Shown piece by piece: positions 42,122-57,384 of a stretch of DNA of 64,000 bases. Below the pieces are notes generated by a model, which saw only the letters and a program-made list of their open reading frames with translations, ran no database searches and was not told where the DNA came from. Source of the stretch: Octopus vulgaris (taxonomy: Eukaryota); assembly GCA_951406725.2 (NCBI GenBank), contig OX597843.1, positions 3,968,001 through 4,032,000 on the forward strand. The letters are read 5' to 3'. Made by a program: the position numbers and the translations under genes. Within the stretch, counting starts at the first letter, position 1, and every line of letters begins with the position of its first letter.

Positions 42122-42994
42122 TGTAGGAGCACTCTGTCGGTTACGACAATGAGGGTCCCAGTTGATCCGAATCAACGAAACAGCCTGCTCATGAAATTAA
42201 CGTGTAAGTGGCTGAACACTCCACAGACACGTATACCCTTAACGTAGTTCTCGGGGATATTCAGCGTGACACAGAGAGTGACAAGGCCGGCCCTTTGAAA
42301 TACAGGTACAACAGAAACAGGAAGTAAGAGTGAGAGAAAGTTGTGGTGAAAGAGTACAGCAGGGTTCACCACCATCCCCTGCCGGGGCCTCGTGGAGCTT
42401 TAGGTGTTTTCGCTCAATAAACACTCACAATGCCCGGTCTGGGAATCGAAACCGCGATCCTATGACCGCGAGTCCGCTGCCCTAACCACTGGGCCACTGC
42501 GCCTCCACCTTGAGTACAGCAGGGATCACCACCAACCCCTGCAGGAGACTCGCGGAGCTTTAGGTGTTTTTCGCTCAATAAACACTCACAACGCCCGGTC
42601 TGGGAATCGAAACCGCGATCCTACGACCGCGAGTCCGCTGCCCTAACCACTGGGCCATTGCACCTCCACCTTGAGTACAGCAGGGATCACCACCAACTCC
42701 TGCAGGAGACTCGTGGAGCTTTTTAGGTGTTTTCGTTCAATAAACACTCACAACGCCCGGTCTGGGAATCGAAACCGCGATCCTACGACCGCGAGTCCGC
42801 TGCCCTAACCACTGGGCCATTGCACCTCCACCTTGAGTACAGCAGGGATCACCACCAACCCCTGCAGGAGACTCGTGGAGCTTTTTAGGTGTTTTCGTTC
42901 AATAAACACTCACAACGCCCGGTCTGGGAATCGAAACCGCGATCCTACGACCGCGAGTACCGCTGCCCTAAACCACTGGGCCATTGCGCCTCCA
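42122..42994 (-). mobile_element. Full SINE family 2 (42122-42508) preceded by three tandem ~162-bp copies of its tRNA-like head
   Basis: Units at ~42510-42670, 42671-42832, 42833-42994. Confidence 0.9.
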
Positions 42995-43059
42995 TTGTAA
43001 TCAGAAAGGTGGGGTTGGGGGTCAATAGATAACAAATGGTTGAGAACGCCCTGGTCTAA

Positions 43060-43114
<55 letters not shown>

Positions 43115-43454
43115 GTGCCTTAGGTCGGAAGATGAAATAGAATGCAAATGAATGCAAATGAATCAAAATACGTAAATAGTAGTGATGAAATGTTTGAATA
43201 CAACGTACGACTTGTCTAGGAAAAGAAACGCCAAATGTATTATAACACGATGGGAATTTGGTTTTTGTAGTTGTTGTTGCTATTGTTTGGATTTTTGTTG
43301 TTTCTCTTCTTCTTTGTTTTGTTGTTGTTGTTTTTGTTTTTGTTTTGTTTTTGTTTTTTTGTTTTTGCTTTCTTTTTCCCGAAAAACCGGAAGTCAGAAA
43401 CTCATAGACGCCTGAGACATTAGAGGAAACTTCTATATATTTAATATACTCTTT

Positions 43455-43680
43455 TTTTACTCTTTTACTCTTTTACTTCTTTCAGTCATTTTCACTGCGG
43501 TGGCCATGCTGGAGCGTCGCCTCTAGTCGAGCAAAATCGACACCCCAGGACTTATTCTTTGTACTTATTCTATCGGTTACTTTTTTGCCGAAGCGCTAAG
43601 TTACGGGGAAGTAAACACACCACCATCGGTTGTCAAGCGATGCTGAGGGAACAAACACAGACACACAAACATATACGCAC

Positions 43681-43737
<57 letters not shown>

Positions 43738-43750
43738 CATATATATATAC

Positions 43751-43843
<93 letters not shown>

Positions 43844-43844
43844 C

Positions 43845-43878
<34 letters not shown>

Positions 43879-44003
43879 GTAGGTCCCGGGTTGATTCGGG
43901 GTTAACACAGTAAGTAAGGTACTCAATACATAGCAGAGTAAAATTAATTTATTATTTATAATATAGAAGGAGCTTATTATATGAAGCTCCTTCTATATAA
44001 TAA

Positions 44004-44094
<91 letters not shown>

Positions 44095-44224
44095 TATACA
44101 CATATATATACACATGTATACGACGGACTTCTTTCAGTTTCCACTACTCACAAGGTTTTGGTCGGCCCGAGGCTAAAGTAGAAGACATTTGCCCAAGGAA
44201 CCCGGAACCATGTGGTTCGTAAGC

Positions 44225-44225
<1 letters not shown>
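43455..44225 (-). mobile_element. SINE family 1 split by an expanded (TA)n and a small hairpin element (~43880-44010)
   Basis: 3' half at 43455-43690, deleted head at 44118-44225; hairpin atatagaaggagctt..aagctccttctatat. Confidence 0.7.
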
Positions 44226-44320
<95 letters not shown>

Positions 44321-44473
44321 GGGAAGGTTTACGAAAATAAACAAAAGACGAAGGCAGGTGGAGTACGAACAAACAAATGTATTAGTATGGCGCTCAGGAA
44401 TAGAAATAGAACAAGTCTTTTACGTTTCGAGCCTACGCTCTTCGACAGAAAGATACACAGAAAAGAAACAAGG

Positions 44474-44635
<162 letters not shown>

Positions 44636-44689
44636 TGTGCGATTGGTCATGATATTGGACGGAGATGCTATCTGATAGGTTGGGTTCAA

Positions 44690-44787
44690 GATGTTATTGA
44701 GGAGGGAATTATGTTGAATATAATCGCAACTGACCCTCCTGTATTTTCTTTTACCCAAAACCAGGAACTTTTCGGCACCTCCTCGTA
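44690..44787 (-). mobile_element. Probable mariner terminal fragment (single TIR)
   Basis: TA-CGAGGAGGTGCCGAAAAGTTCCTGG resembles mariner TIRs; no partner seen. Confidence 0.4.
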
Positions 44788-46254
44788 GAAATGGTAAGCA
44801 GGAGTGGCTGTGTGGTAAGTCGCTTGCTTACCAACCACATGCTTCCGGGTTCAGTCCCACTGCGTGGCTTACAAAGGCTCAAACGTAACGGCAGACGAAA
44901 TACGGCTACGCATTTCTCCGTAGAGTTTAATACCATCGCCTGAGCCTTCGGTGGTATTTAACAAAATCACCAGGTCCTTGGTTGTTTTTCGTAGAGCTTA
45001 CGAAGTCCTTAGGTTTCTTTCGTAGAGCTTACCATAACAACCTAGTCCTTGGGTGCTTTTAAACGAATTGGGCAAGTGTCTTCTGCTATAGCCTCGGGCC
45101 GACCAAAGCCTTGTGAGTGGATTTGGTAGACGGAAACTGAAAGAAGCCCGTCGTATATATGTATATATGCAGGAGTGGGTGTGTGGTAAGTAGCTTGTTT
45201 ACCAACCACATGGTTCCGGGTTCAGTCCCACTGCGTGACATCTTGGCAAAGTGTCTTCTGCTATAGCCTCGGGCCGACCAATGCCTTGTGAGTGGATTTG
45301 GTAGACGGAAACTGAAAGAAGCCTGTCGTATATATGTATATATATATATGTGTGTGTGTGTGTATATGTTTGTGTGTCTGTGTTTGTCCCCCCTAGCATT
45401 GCTTGACAACCGATGCTGGTGTGTTTACGTCCCCGTCACTTAGCGGTTCGGCAAAAGTGACCGATAGAATAAGTACTGGGCTTACAAAAGAATAAGTCCC
45501 GGGGTCGATTTGCTCGACTAAAAAAGGCGGTGCTCCAGCATGGCCGCAGTCAAATGACTGAAACAAGTAAAAGAGTAAAAGAGAGAGAGAGTATATTGCC
45601 CATAAATTTTAGCAAGGAAATTTTATATGGCCCTCGAAGGGCCATATTGACCCTTCCCCCGCTCCCGTTTGATAACCACTTGTCTATCTAACGCGACCGA
45701 TGCTATGATAAAATGCAGCTTCCCAAGATGTCCCACGGTGGGACCGTACCCGCGACCTCATGACTCCAAAGCGAACTCCCTAATCCCTTCGCTCGTGCCC
45801 CCCACCCCCACCCCTATGCAAATGTATTTTCACACGTACGCGTTAAGATCTGTCAAGGCCATTTAACACACTTCCGTAGTGGAAAGTGACGGACGAGGTG
45901 GACGTAGACACATCCCACCCGCATCACCTCCACGTACCCGTCGTTATCACCTCTGTCCACCCCACCCCCTCTCGTCTCCCTCTGCGGAAATCAACCTGTT
46001 TAACACCTCTTCCATTCATGACCCTCCACCCTCTACCTCCACCCCCACCCAGGCGCTACAGATAGTCACGTGACATCGCAATTCTAACCGACTCCACCAC
46101 CACCACCATCGTCTTAAACTCCAGCGCCACCGTCCCCCCTTAGCTTCGTCCCCTCCCCCCATTGTCACCGCCGCCGCCACCACCACCACCTAAGCCCCTA
46201 TCTCGTTACAAAACCCTTCACACCTCATCATTCGTCGTTCAGATTTCTGTCGTC

Positions 46255-48300
<2,046 letters not shown>

Positions 48301-48456
48301 TCTGGCCCCTCCTTTCTTCTTTTCTTTTTTTCTTCTAATTCTTATTCCCCTCCACTTCCTCCATCCCTCTTCGCCACCCCCTTTCACCTTTCTCTCCTTC
48401 GTCCTCCACCACCCCACCCCACCCAACCCCTTCCACTCTCTACTACCCCCACCCGC

Positions 48457-48535
<79 letters not shown>

Positions 48536-48793
48536 CGATTTCCAAAATAAATAACAGCATAAATCAATAAATACACACTAAACAATGTAAATCCAGTTAA
48601 AACGAAATAAAATACAAATAGAGTCAATAACGCAGGATATCGGGTTTCGATGCCGAGGGGCGACACCATGTGATTGACCTTCTGCTGTTTCGTACACAAA
48701 TACAAGCACACACACACACACAAGCTTACTAATACACACACACTCATATATGAACACAAAGGAGAAAACAAGCATAAAATACATACATAGAAA

Positions 48794-48910
<117 letters not shown>

Positions 48911-48989
48911 ATATTTATATATATATATATATATAAGTATATATGTGGTATGGTATCTATTCTGATATATAAATATATATATTTATAAG

Positions 48990-49247
<258 letters not shown>

Positions 49248-49435
49248 AAATATATATACATATATATGCAGGAGTGGCTGTGTGGTAAGTAGGTTGCTAA
49301 CCAACCACATGGTTCCGGGTTCAGTCCCACTGCGTGGCATCTTGTGCAAGTGTCTTCTGCTATAGCCCCGGGCCGACCAATGCCTTGTGAGTGGATTTAG
49401 CAGACGGAAACTGAAAGAAGCCTGTCGTATATATG

Positions 49436-49466
<31 letters not shown>

Positions 49467-49681
49467 TTGTGTGTCTGTGTTTGTCACCCCCAACATCGCT
49501 TGACAACCGATGCTGGTGTGTTTACGTCCCCGTCACTTAGCGGCTCGGCAAAAGAGAACCGATAGAATAAGTACTGGGCTTACAAAGAATAAGTCCCGGG
49601 GTCGAGTTGCTCGACTAAAGGCGGTGCTCCAGCATGGCCGCAGTCAAATGACTGAAACAAGTAAAAGAGTAAAAGAGAGAG

Positions 49682-49709
<28 letters not shown>

Positions 49710-49713
<4 letters not shown>

Positions 49714-50273
49714 TAACAGCAGAACTCGAAGCAATTCAGAGAAGCTACACAAAGAAGATCGTCTCAATGAAAAATATCAGCTACTGGGAAAGACTGAAAG
49801 TATTAAACCTCTTCTCCCTAGAGCGGAGGCGGCAGAGATATGCGGTGATATACATCTGGGAAAACCTGGAGGGTCTTGTCCCAAACTTTGGCATTCAAAG
49901 TTACCCCAACCGCAGAACGGGGCGCTACTGCATGGTGCTAAGGATTCCAACATCACCATCAAAATACAGGTCCAGATACTGCAACAGCTTGGGTTTCGGA
50001 GGACCACAGCTTTTCAACATCCTCCCTAAATGCCTGAGAGACTTGCATGATGTGGATGTGGGTTTCTTTAAAACTAAACTAGATCTCTTCTTGTCGGGGT
50101 CCCAGATGAGCCTACCTCACGACAGGAGACACGGATGCGGGCAGCAGCATCGGACTCCCTTGTTGATCAAGTGCCACGTATCAGAGGTGGATTCACATAT
50201 TAGTGTAGCTCATTCAGCGGTGGTGCCCCAGCATGGCCGCGGCCTTCGGGCTAAAACATTTTTAAGGATTTAA

Positions 50274-50277
<4 letters not shown>
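49710..50277 (+). mobile_element. CR1/L2-group LINE, 5'-truncated, ORF2 C-terminus with a frameshift near 50100, plus 3' tail
   Basis: ELEAIQRSYTKKIVSMKNISYWERLKVLNLFSLERRR fits the CR1-type LE.VQR.ATK..SYEERL..L.LFSLE.RR motif. Confidence 0.85.
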
Positions 50278-50329
<52 letters not shown>

Positions 50330-50546
50330 TTACTCTTTTACTTGTTTCAGTCATTTGACTGCGACCACGCTGGAGCGCCGCCTTTAGTCGAGCAAATTAA
50401 CCCCAGCACTTATTCTTTGTAAGCCTAGTACTTATTCTATCGGAGTCTTTTGCCGAACTGCTAAGTTACGGGACGTAAACACACCAACATCGGTTGTCAA
50501 GCGATGTTGGAGGGACAAGCACAGACACACAAACATACACGCACAC

Positions 50547-50550
<4 letters not shown>
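50330..50550 (-). mobile_element. SINE family 1, 3' half
   Basis: Matches ~31740-31950. Confidence 0.85.
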
Positions 50551-50580
<30 letters not shown>

Positions 50581-50586
50581 GTATAT

Positions 50587-50748
50587 GTGGCAAGAGAGGA
50601 AGAGGCCGACCAAGAACCCGCTGGCTTGACACCATCAAGAGTGATACCGAAATGGACATAGCCAATCTGAAAGAAGCGGCCCAGGATAGAACTGACTGGA
50701 GGACACTGATCCAACGAGTGACCGAGAGTCGACTTCGACTGAGCGGAT
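50587..50748 (+). mobile_element. Solo RTE 3'-end monomer, almost identical to the array unit
   Basis: gtggcaagagaggaagaggccg...cttcgactgagcggata. Confidence 0.92.
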
Positions 50749-50769
50749 ATATATATATATATATATATA

Positions 50770-51154
<385 letters not shown>

Positions 51155-51243
51155 GGGTGAAATTAATTAATTTAGAAATAATCATTAATTTCACCAAGTA
51201 GAGTTCGGCATGTAAAAGCCCCATTCAAGGAAGGTTTAAGTAA

Positions 51244-51356
51244 TACTAAGTAATTAAGGGTTTAGCAACGATTTGCCCCACCACACACCGAATTTCTGCT
51301 ATTTCTAAATTCGGTGTGTGGTGAGGCAAAATCGTTGCTAAACCCTTAATTACTTA

Positions 51357-51359
<3 letters not shown>
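51244..51359. repeat. Near-perfect ~116-bp hairpin
   Basis: tactaagtaattaagggtttagcaacgattt..ccacacaccgaattt [ctgctatttct] aaattcggtgtgtgg..aaatcgttgctaaacccttaattacttagta. Confidence 0.9.
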
Positions 51360-51409
<50 letters not shown>

Positions 51410-51559
51410 ATTGAAATGGATAAATGAATTATCTTGTTACGGATTATTCAAAATTTAACCGAAACCTGGGTAGCAAAAATCACACCAGAAAAGACATGGT
51501 TGAGGTTACCACCATGGGGTGTCGCAACCGTGCCTCGGCGCGGATAATTGAAGTTTTAT

Positions 51560-51858
51560 GTATTTAGTGAAGGGAAGAAATGGAGCTGAACGAAGATTCT
51601 ACAAAATTCCTTTTTATTAATTTCTACACATGTTTCAAAGGCTGCAAATTCCCAAATTCGGATTGAATAAGGAGACCATTTTGCAGCTTTCTCTTTAGGA
51701 AAATCCAGGAATTTAAATCTCCAAACAAATGCGCAGCAAGCTTTTCGAACAAAACGCTCCCTAGGAGCCCATGGTATGAATGGCCTTTGAAACATGTGTA
51801 GAAAATAATAAAAAGGAATTTTGTAGAATCTTCGTTCAGCTCCATTTCTTCCCTTCAC

Positions 51859-51864
<6 letters not shown>
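51560..51864. mobile_element. Element bounded by ~82-bp inverted repeats containing a degenerate hammerhead fold (51621-51702, minus); Penelope-like
   Basis: Arms 51560-51642 and 51783-51864. Minus strand UUUC-CUAAAGA-long stem II-GAAA-CAUGUG-UA-GAAA. Confidence 0.6.
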
Positions 51865-51908
<44 letters not shown>

Positions 51909-51943
51909 CCTTCGTCTTTTGTCTATTTTCATAAACCTTCCCG

Positions 51944-52012
<69 letters not shown>

Positions 52013-52061
52013 TACGACGGGCTTCCTTCAGTTTCCGTCTACCAAATCCACTCACAAGGCT

Positions 52062-52480
52062 GTCATCATACCTCACCTGATTTCTCTTCTTGTCCTTCCG
52101 ATATTCTGTCATCATCCGGGTGTGCAATACCTTGTGATTAAACAGAAATTTTCCTCTCGATCCACGACTGCCATATCCGGTTTTCGCTGTTCACCCTCGT
52201 GTTCGCATTCACTCATTTACATCCCAGAATTTCTCTTTACCTAGTCTCTCTCGATTACTCCTTCTGTGATTATCCCGTACCACGCCTTTGCTCTATCCAA
52301 TCCATACATGCCAGTCACTTCCCAGTGAATCATTCGGGTCAGCTTCCTACATTCATTAACAACATGTCATACGGTCTCACGTTAATCACAACACACCACC
52401 TGTATCTGTCATTTTCTTTTGTATTATCCAATCCTGTATTCAGTTTAATGTGTCCAAAATCCTTGTCACTCTTCTTTAGC
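52062..52480 (-). pseudogene. Decayed RLE-type non-LTR retrotransposon fragment (R4/Dong-like): zinc-knuckle and restriction-like endonuclease region
   Basis: Manual translation across stops and frameshifts: LDNTKENDRYRWC...IHWEVTGMYGLDRAKAWY...FWD...[17 protein letters not shown]...HPDDDR. Confidence 0.7.
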
Positions 52481-52743
52481 TTGTATCCTCCTCTTATTCG
52501 TTGCAAATTTTCTTTTTTCATTCTAAGTTTTCCCTCTTGCAAACAAGAAACCGACTCCTGCAAATTTTGTAGCCGTTGATAGGCGCAGGAGCGGCTGTGT
52601 GGTAAGTAGCTTGCTTACCAACCACATGGCTACGGGTTCAGTCCCACCGAATGGTACCTTGGGCAAGTGTCTTCTACTATAGCTTCGGGCCGACCAAAGC
52701 CTTGTGAGTGGATTTGGTAGACGGAAACTGAAAGAAGCCTGGC

Positions 52744-52829
<86 letters not shown>

Positions 52830-53089
52830 TGTGTTTGTCCCCCACCCCAACATCGTTTGACAACCGATGCTGGTCTGTTTACGTCCAAAGCCTTGTGAGT
52901 GGATTTGGTAGACGGAAACTGAAAGAAGCCTGTCGTATATATATATATGTATATATAATATATATATATATAGATGCAGGAGTGACTGTGTGGTAAGTAG
53001 CTTGCTTACCAGCCACATGGCTCCGCGTTCAGTCACTTTCTTATGTATTATCCAATCCTGTATTTAATTTGTCCTCGATGTTTATTCCT

Positions 53090-54809
53090 TTCAGATTAAC
53101 CATTAAGCAAAATAAGCTTAGAGCATTAAACAAAATTTTAATATTTTTACCTTTTGCTCAATTTACCTGGATTTACCTGTAATTAAAGTCACTTTGAGAC
53201 AAAAGTTATGCAATAGAATTGATTAAGAACCCTTTCTTTAATTATGTTCCAAATATCACATTAAAATGTTGATAAGTAAAAAAGTTACAGTTAGTTAATG
53301 AAACAAGCCTAGATTCATGATTATTTTAGAATTTAATTGAAACTCATGAGGGGTGTATTTTGGTCAGAAATATGGTAAAGAAAGAGTTAAGGAGGTACCA
53401 TAGAAATGGTAAATGGTTTATGGCACAAAAGAAATCACTTTAAACCCGCTAAAATAATATTCGGGATGCCTTTATTTCTACTAAGAATAGATGCAGACGT
53501 GTTACCAAAGATTAATTTTGAGGATTTGATCAAAGACTTTGCAATTCAAAAAAGTAGGAGGAATTATGCAGAATAAGCACATGGTGAGGGCATCAAGGGA
53601 AGGAAGGGGGTACCACAGAAATGGTAAATGGTTTATGGCACAAAAGAAATCACTTTAAACCCGCTAAAATAATATTCGGGATGCCTTTATCTCTACTAAG
53701 TATAGACGCAGATGTGTTTACCTGAGATTAATTTTGAGGATCTGATCAAAGACTTTGCAATTCAAAAAAGTAGGAGGAATTAGGCAGAATAATCATGTGC
53801 TGAGAGCATCAAAGGAAGGAGGGGGTACCACAGAAATGGTAAATGGTTTATGGCACAAAAGAAATCACTTTAAACTCGCAAAAATAATATTCGGGATGCC
53901 TTTATCTCTACTAAGTATAGACGCAGATGTGTTTACCTGAGATTAATTTTGAGGATCTGATCAAAGACTTTGCAATTCAAAAAAGTAGGAGGAATTAGGC
54001 AGAATAAGCATGTACTTAGGGCATCAAGGGAAGGAGGGGGTACAACAGAAATGGTTAATGGTTTACGGCACAAGAGAAATCACTTTAAAACCGCTATAAT
54101 AATATTCGGGATGCCTTTATCTCTACTAAGTATGGATGCAGATGTGTTTACCTGAGATTAATTTTGAGGATCCGATCAAAGACTTTGCAATTCAAAAAAC
54201 TAGGAGGAATTAGGCAGTATAAGCATGTGCTGAGGGCATCAAAGGAAGGAAGGGGGTACCACAGAAATGGTAAATGGTTTATGGCACAAAAGAAATCACT
54301 TTAAACCCGCTAAAATAATATTCGGGATGCCTTTATCTCTACTAAGTATAGATGCAGATGTGTTACCTAAGATTAATTTTGAGGATCTAATCAAAGAATT
54401 TGCAATTCAAAAAAGCAGGAGGAAACTTTTCAAATATAAATACGCTTCCTCCAACTTATTTATATTTTTATTTATATTTATTATATTTTTTTACTTATTT
54501 TTATTTATATTTATTATATTTTTATTTATATTTATTATATTTTTATTTATATTTATTATTATTTTTTACTTATTTTTATTTATATTTTATATTTTTTTTT
54601 ATATTTTTATTTATATTTACATAATGTTTATTTTTGTCAAAAATAAACATTATTTTCCCTCTTACTGTTTTGTTACGTTTTGAAAAATAAGAATTTTTTT
54701 CATGATTTGTTATTGTTTATATTTCGAATTACATGATCTTTCGGGGGGGGGGGGGGGCACCAAAATCTTTCATGTGCTTAGGGCCTTGATGGGTCTTAAT
54801 CCGGCCCTG
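53090..54809 (+). mobile_element. Internally deleted hAT transposon whose interior is a 5x ~215-bp tandem array; right TIR ends at 54809
   Basis: LSLLSIDADVLPKINFEDLIKEFAIQKSRRK resembles the end of the hAT dimerisation domain. Units start ~53392, 53609, 53824, 54039, 54254. Terminus ...tcttaatccggccctg. Left edge uncertain. Confidence 0.8.
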
Positions 54810-54936
54810 CCTGTCACAACAGATAAGTGTTTCGGTCTCTGACTGAGGAAATCCCTCTTCCTTAGACAGTACTGCATTCCCTCAGCATCTGAATTTCTGC
54901 CCACCACTCCTGTAGAGTGTCCGTGCGGATTCTTTT

Positions 54937-55521
54937 CTAAACACAGAGAGGACAAACAAGGACAGACAAACGGATGAAGTGGATTATATCGACCCCAGTG
55001 CGTAACTGGTACTTAATTTATCGACCCCGAAAGAATGAAAGGCAAAGTCGACCTCGACGGAATTTGAATTCAGAACGTAACGGCAGACGAAATACCTATT
55101 TCTTTATTATCCACAAGGGGATAAACACAGAGGGGACAAACAAGGACAGACGAACGGATTAAGTCGATTATATCGACACTAGTGCGTAACTGGTACTTAA
55201 TTTATCGACCCCGAAAGGATGAAAGGCAAAGTGGACCTCGACGGAATTTGAACTCAGAACGTAGCGGCAGATGAAATACCTATTTCTATTTCTTTATTAC
55301 CCACAAGGGACTAAACACAGAGGGGACAAACAAGGACAGACGAACGGATTAAGTCGATTATATCGACCCCAGTGCGTAACTGGTACTTATTTAATCGACC
55401 CCGAAAGGATGAAAGGCAAAGTCGACCTCGGCGGAATTTGAACTCAGAAACGTAACGGCAGACGAAATACCGCTAAGCATTTCGCCCGGCGTTGCTAACG
55501 GTTCTGCCAGCTCGCAGCGGC
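54937..55521 (-). mobile_element. SINE family 4: one head plus three tandem body/tail units
   Basis: Junctions gaaatacc|tatttc at ~55095 and ~55280; head at 55470-55521. Confidence 0.9.
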
Positions 55522-55529
55522 CCTACAAA

Positions 55530-57360
55530 GAACAATGACAACAAAGATAACAAAAGGACAATTAAACCAAAAAAAATATTTAAAAAAAAATAAAAGAAAA
55601 GAAATAGGAAAACAGAAAGAAAAACCTGAAAGCGAAACGTTGTGGTGAGGAGTGTGATGAGCGGTGGGGGGTGGGGCGGGGGGGGTAGCGAGAAAGTGAA
55701 AGTAGGAATTTCCAGTACCCAAGTCTATGGGTATTGGAATTTCCCACCACCACTACCACCAATACCACCACCAATACCACCACCACCACCACCAATACCA
55801 CCAATACCACCAATACCATCACCACCACCAATACTACCACCACCACCACCACCACCAATACTACCACCACCACCAATACCAATACTACCACCACCACCAC
55901 CACCACCACCACCACCACTACCACCACCATCACTACCACCAATACCATCACCACCACCAATACTACCACCACCACCACCACCAATACCACCACTACCACC
56001 AATACCACCACCACCACCACCATACCACCACTACGACCAATACCACCACCACCACCAATACCACCAATACCACCAATACCACCACCACCACCACCACCAC
56101 CACCACCACCACCACCACCACCAATACTACCACCACTACCACCACCACCAATACTACCACCACCACCACCACCACCAATACTACCACCACCACCACTACC
56201 ACCAATACCACCACCACCACCAATACCACCACCATCGCCACTACCACTACGACCAGCACTACTACAAGCGCCGCTGCTGCCGCCGCCAACATCGAGACCG
56301 CCACTATCACGAACAATCTCACCGTTACCTAGTTCTTTATTACCCACAAGGGACCAAACACAGAGGGGGACAAACAAGGACAGACAAACGGATTAAGTCG
56401 ATTACATCGACACCAGTGCGTGACTGGTACTTAATCTATCGATCCCGAAAGGATGAAAGACAAAGTGGACCTCGGCGAAATTTGAACTCAGAACGTAACG
56501 GCAGGCGAAATACGGCAACGCATCTCACCGTTACCGACTACAAAGGCGGTGCTCCAACATGGCCGCAGTCAAAATGACTGACACAAGTAAAAGAACAATA
56601 TATATACATGGTGGTGGCGGTGATATTGGTGGTGGTGGTGGTGGTGGTGGTGGCGGCGGTGGTGGTGGTGGTGGTGGTGGGCAGGTGGCGGTGGTGGTGC
56701 TGGTGGTGCTGGTGGTGGTGTTGGTGGTGGTGGTGGTGGTGGTGGTGGTGGTGGTGGTGGTGGTGGTGGTGGTGGTGGTGGTGGTGGTGGTGGTGGTGGT
56801 GGTGGTGGTGGTGGTGGTGGTGGTGGTGGTGGTGGTGGTGGTGGCGGTGGTGGTGGTGGTGGCAGTGGTGGTGGGCAGGTGGCGGTGGTGGTGGTTGTGG
56901 CGGTGGTGGTGGTGGTGGCGGTGGTGTTGGAGGTGGTGGTGGTGACAGTTGTGGTGGTGGTGGTGGTTGTGGTGGTGGAGCTAAGACAGGGCGACCTGTT
57001 TAAATCCATAATTACCTAGACTGGGTCACTGGAAATTCCCTACTTTCATGGTTGTGGCGGTGGTGGTGGTGGTGGCGGTGGTGTTGGAGGTGGTGGTGGT
57101 GACAGTTGTGGTGGTGGTGGTGGTGGTTGTGGTGGTGGAGCTAAGACAGGGCGACCTGTTTAAATCCATAATTACCTAGACTGGGTCACTGGAAATTCCC
57201 TACTTTCACTTTCCCCGAAAACTCCGCCCTCCCAATCCACCCCCCACCGCCCCACACCACACTCCTCACCACAACGTTTCGCTTTCAGGTTTCCTTTTTG
57301 TTTTCCTGTTTTTGTTTCTTTTTGTTTTAATTGTGTTTTTGTTATCTTTGTTGCTGTTGT
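55530..57360. repeat. ~1.8-kb imperfect foldback: complex arm + (CAC)n ... (GTG)n + inverted arm
   Basis: 55540-55738 is a diverged reverse complement of ~57165-57355 (cctgaaagcgaaacgttgtggtgaggagtgtg vs cacactcctcaccacaacgtttcgctttcagg). Confidence 0.8.
56330..56521 (-). mobile_element. SINE family 4 monomer with a 14-bp TSD
   Basis: atctcaccgttacc at 56316-56329 and 56522-56535. Confidence 0.88.
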
Positions 57361-57384
57361 GCTGATTGTTTCTATTCATTTATG

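Noticed and set aside
54267-54683. 138-aa membrane-protein-like ORF
   Set aside because: It is a hAT C-terminal remnant reading into an AT-rich low-complexity tract.
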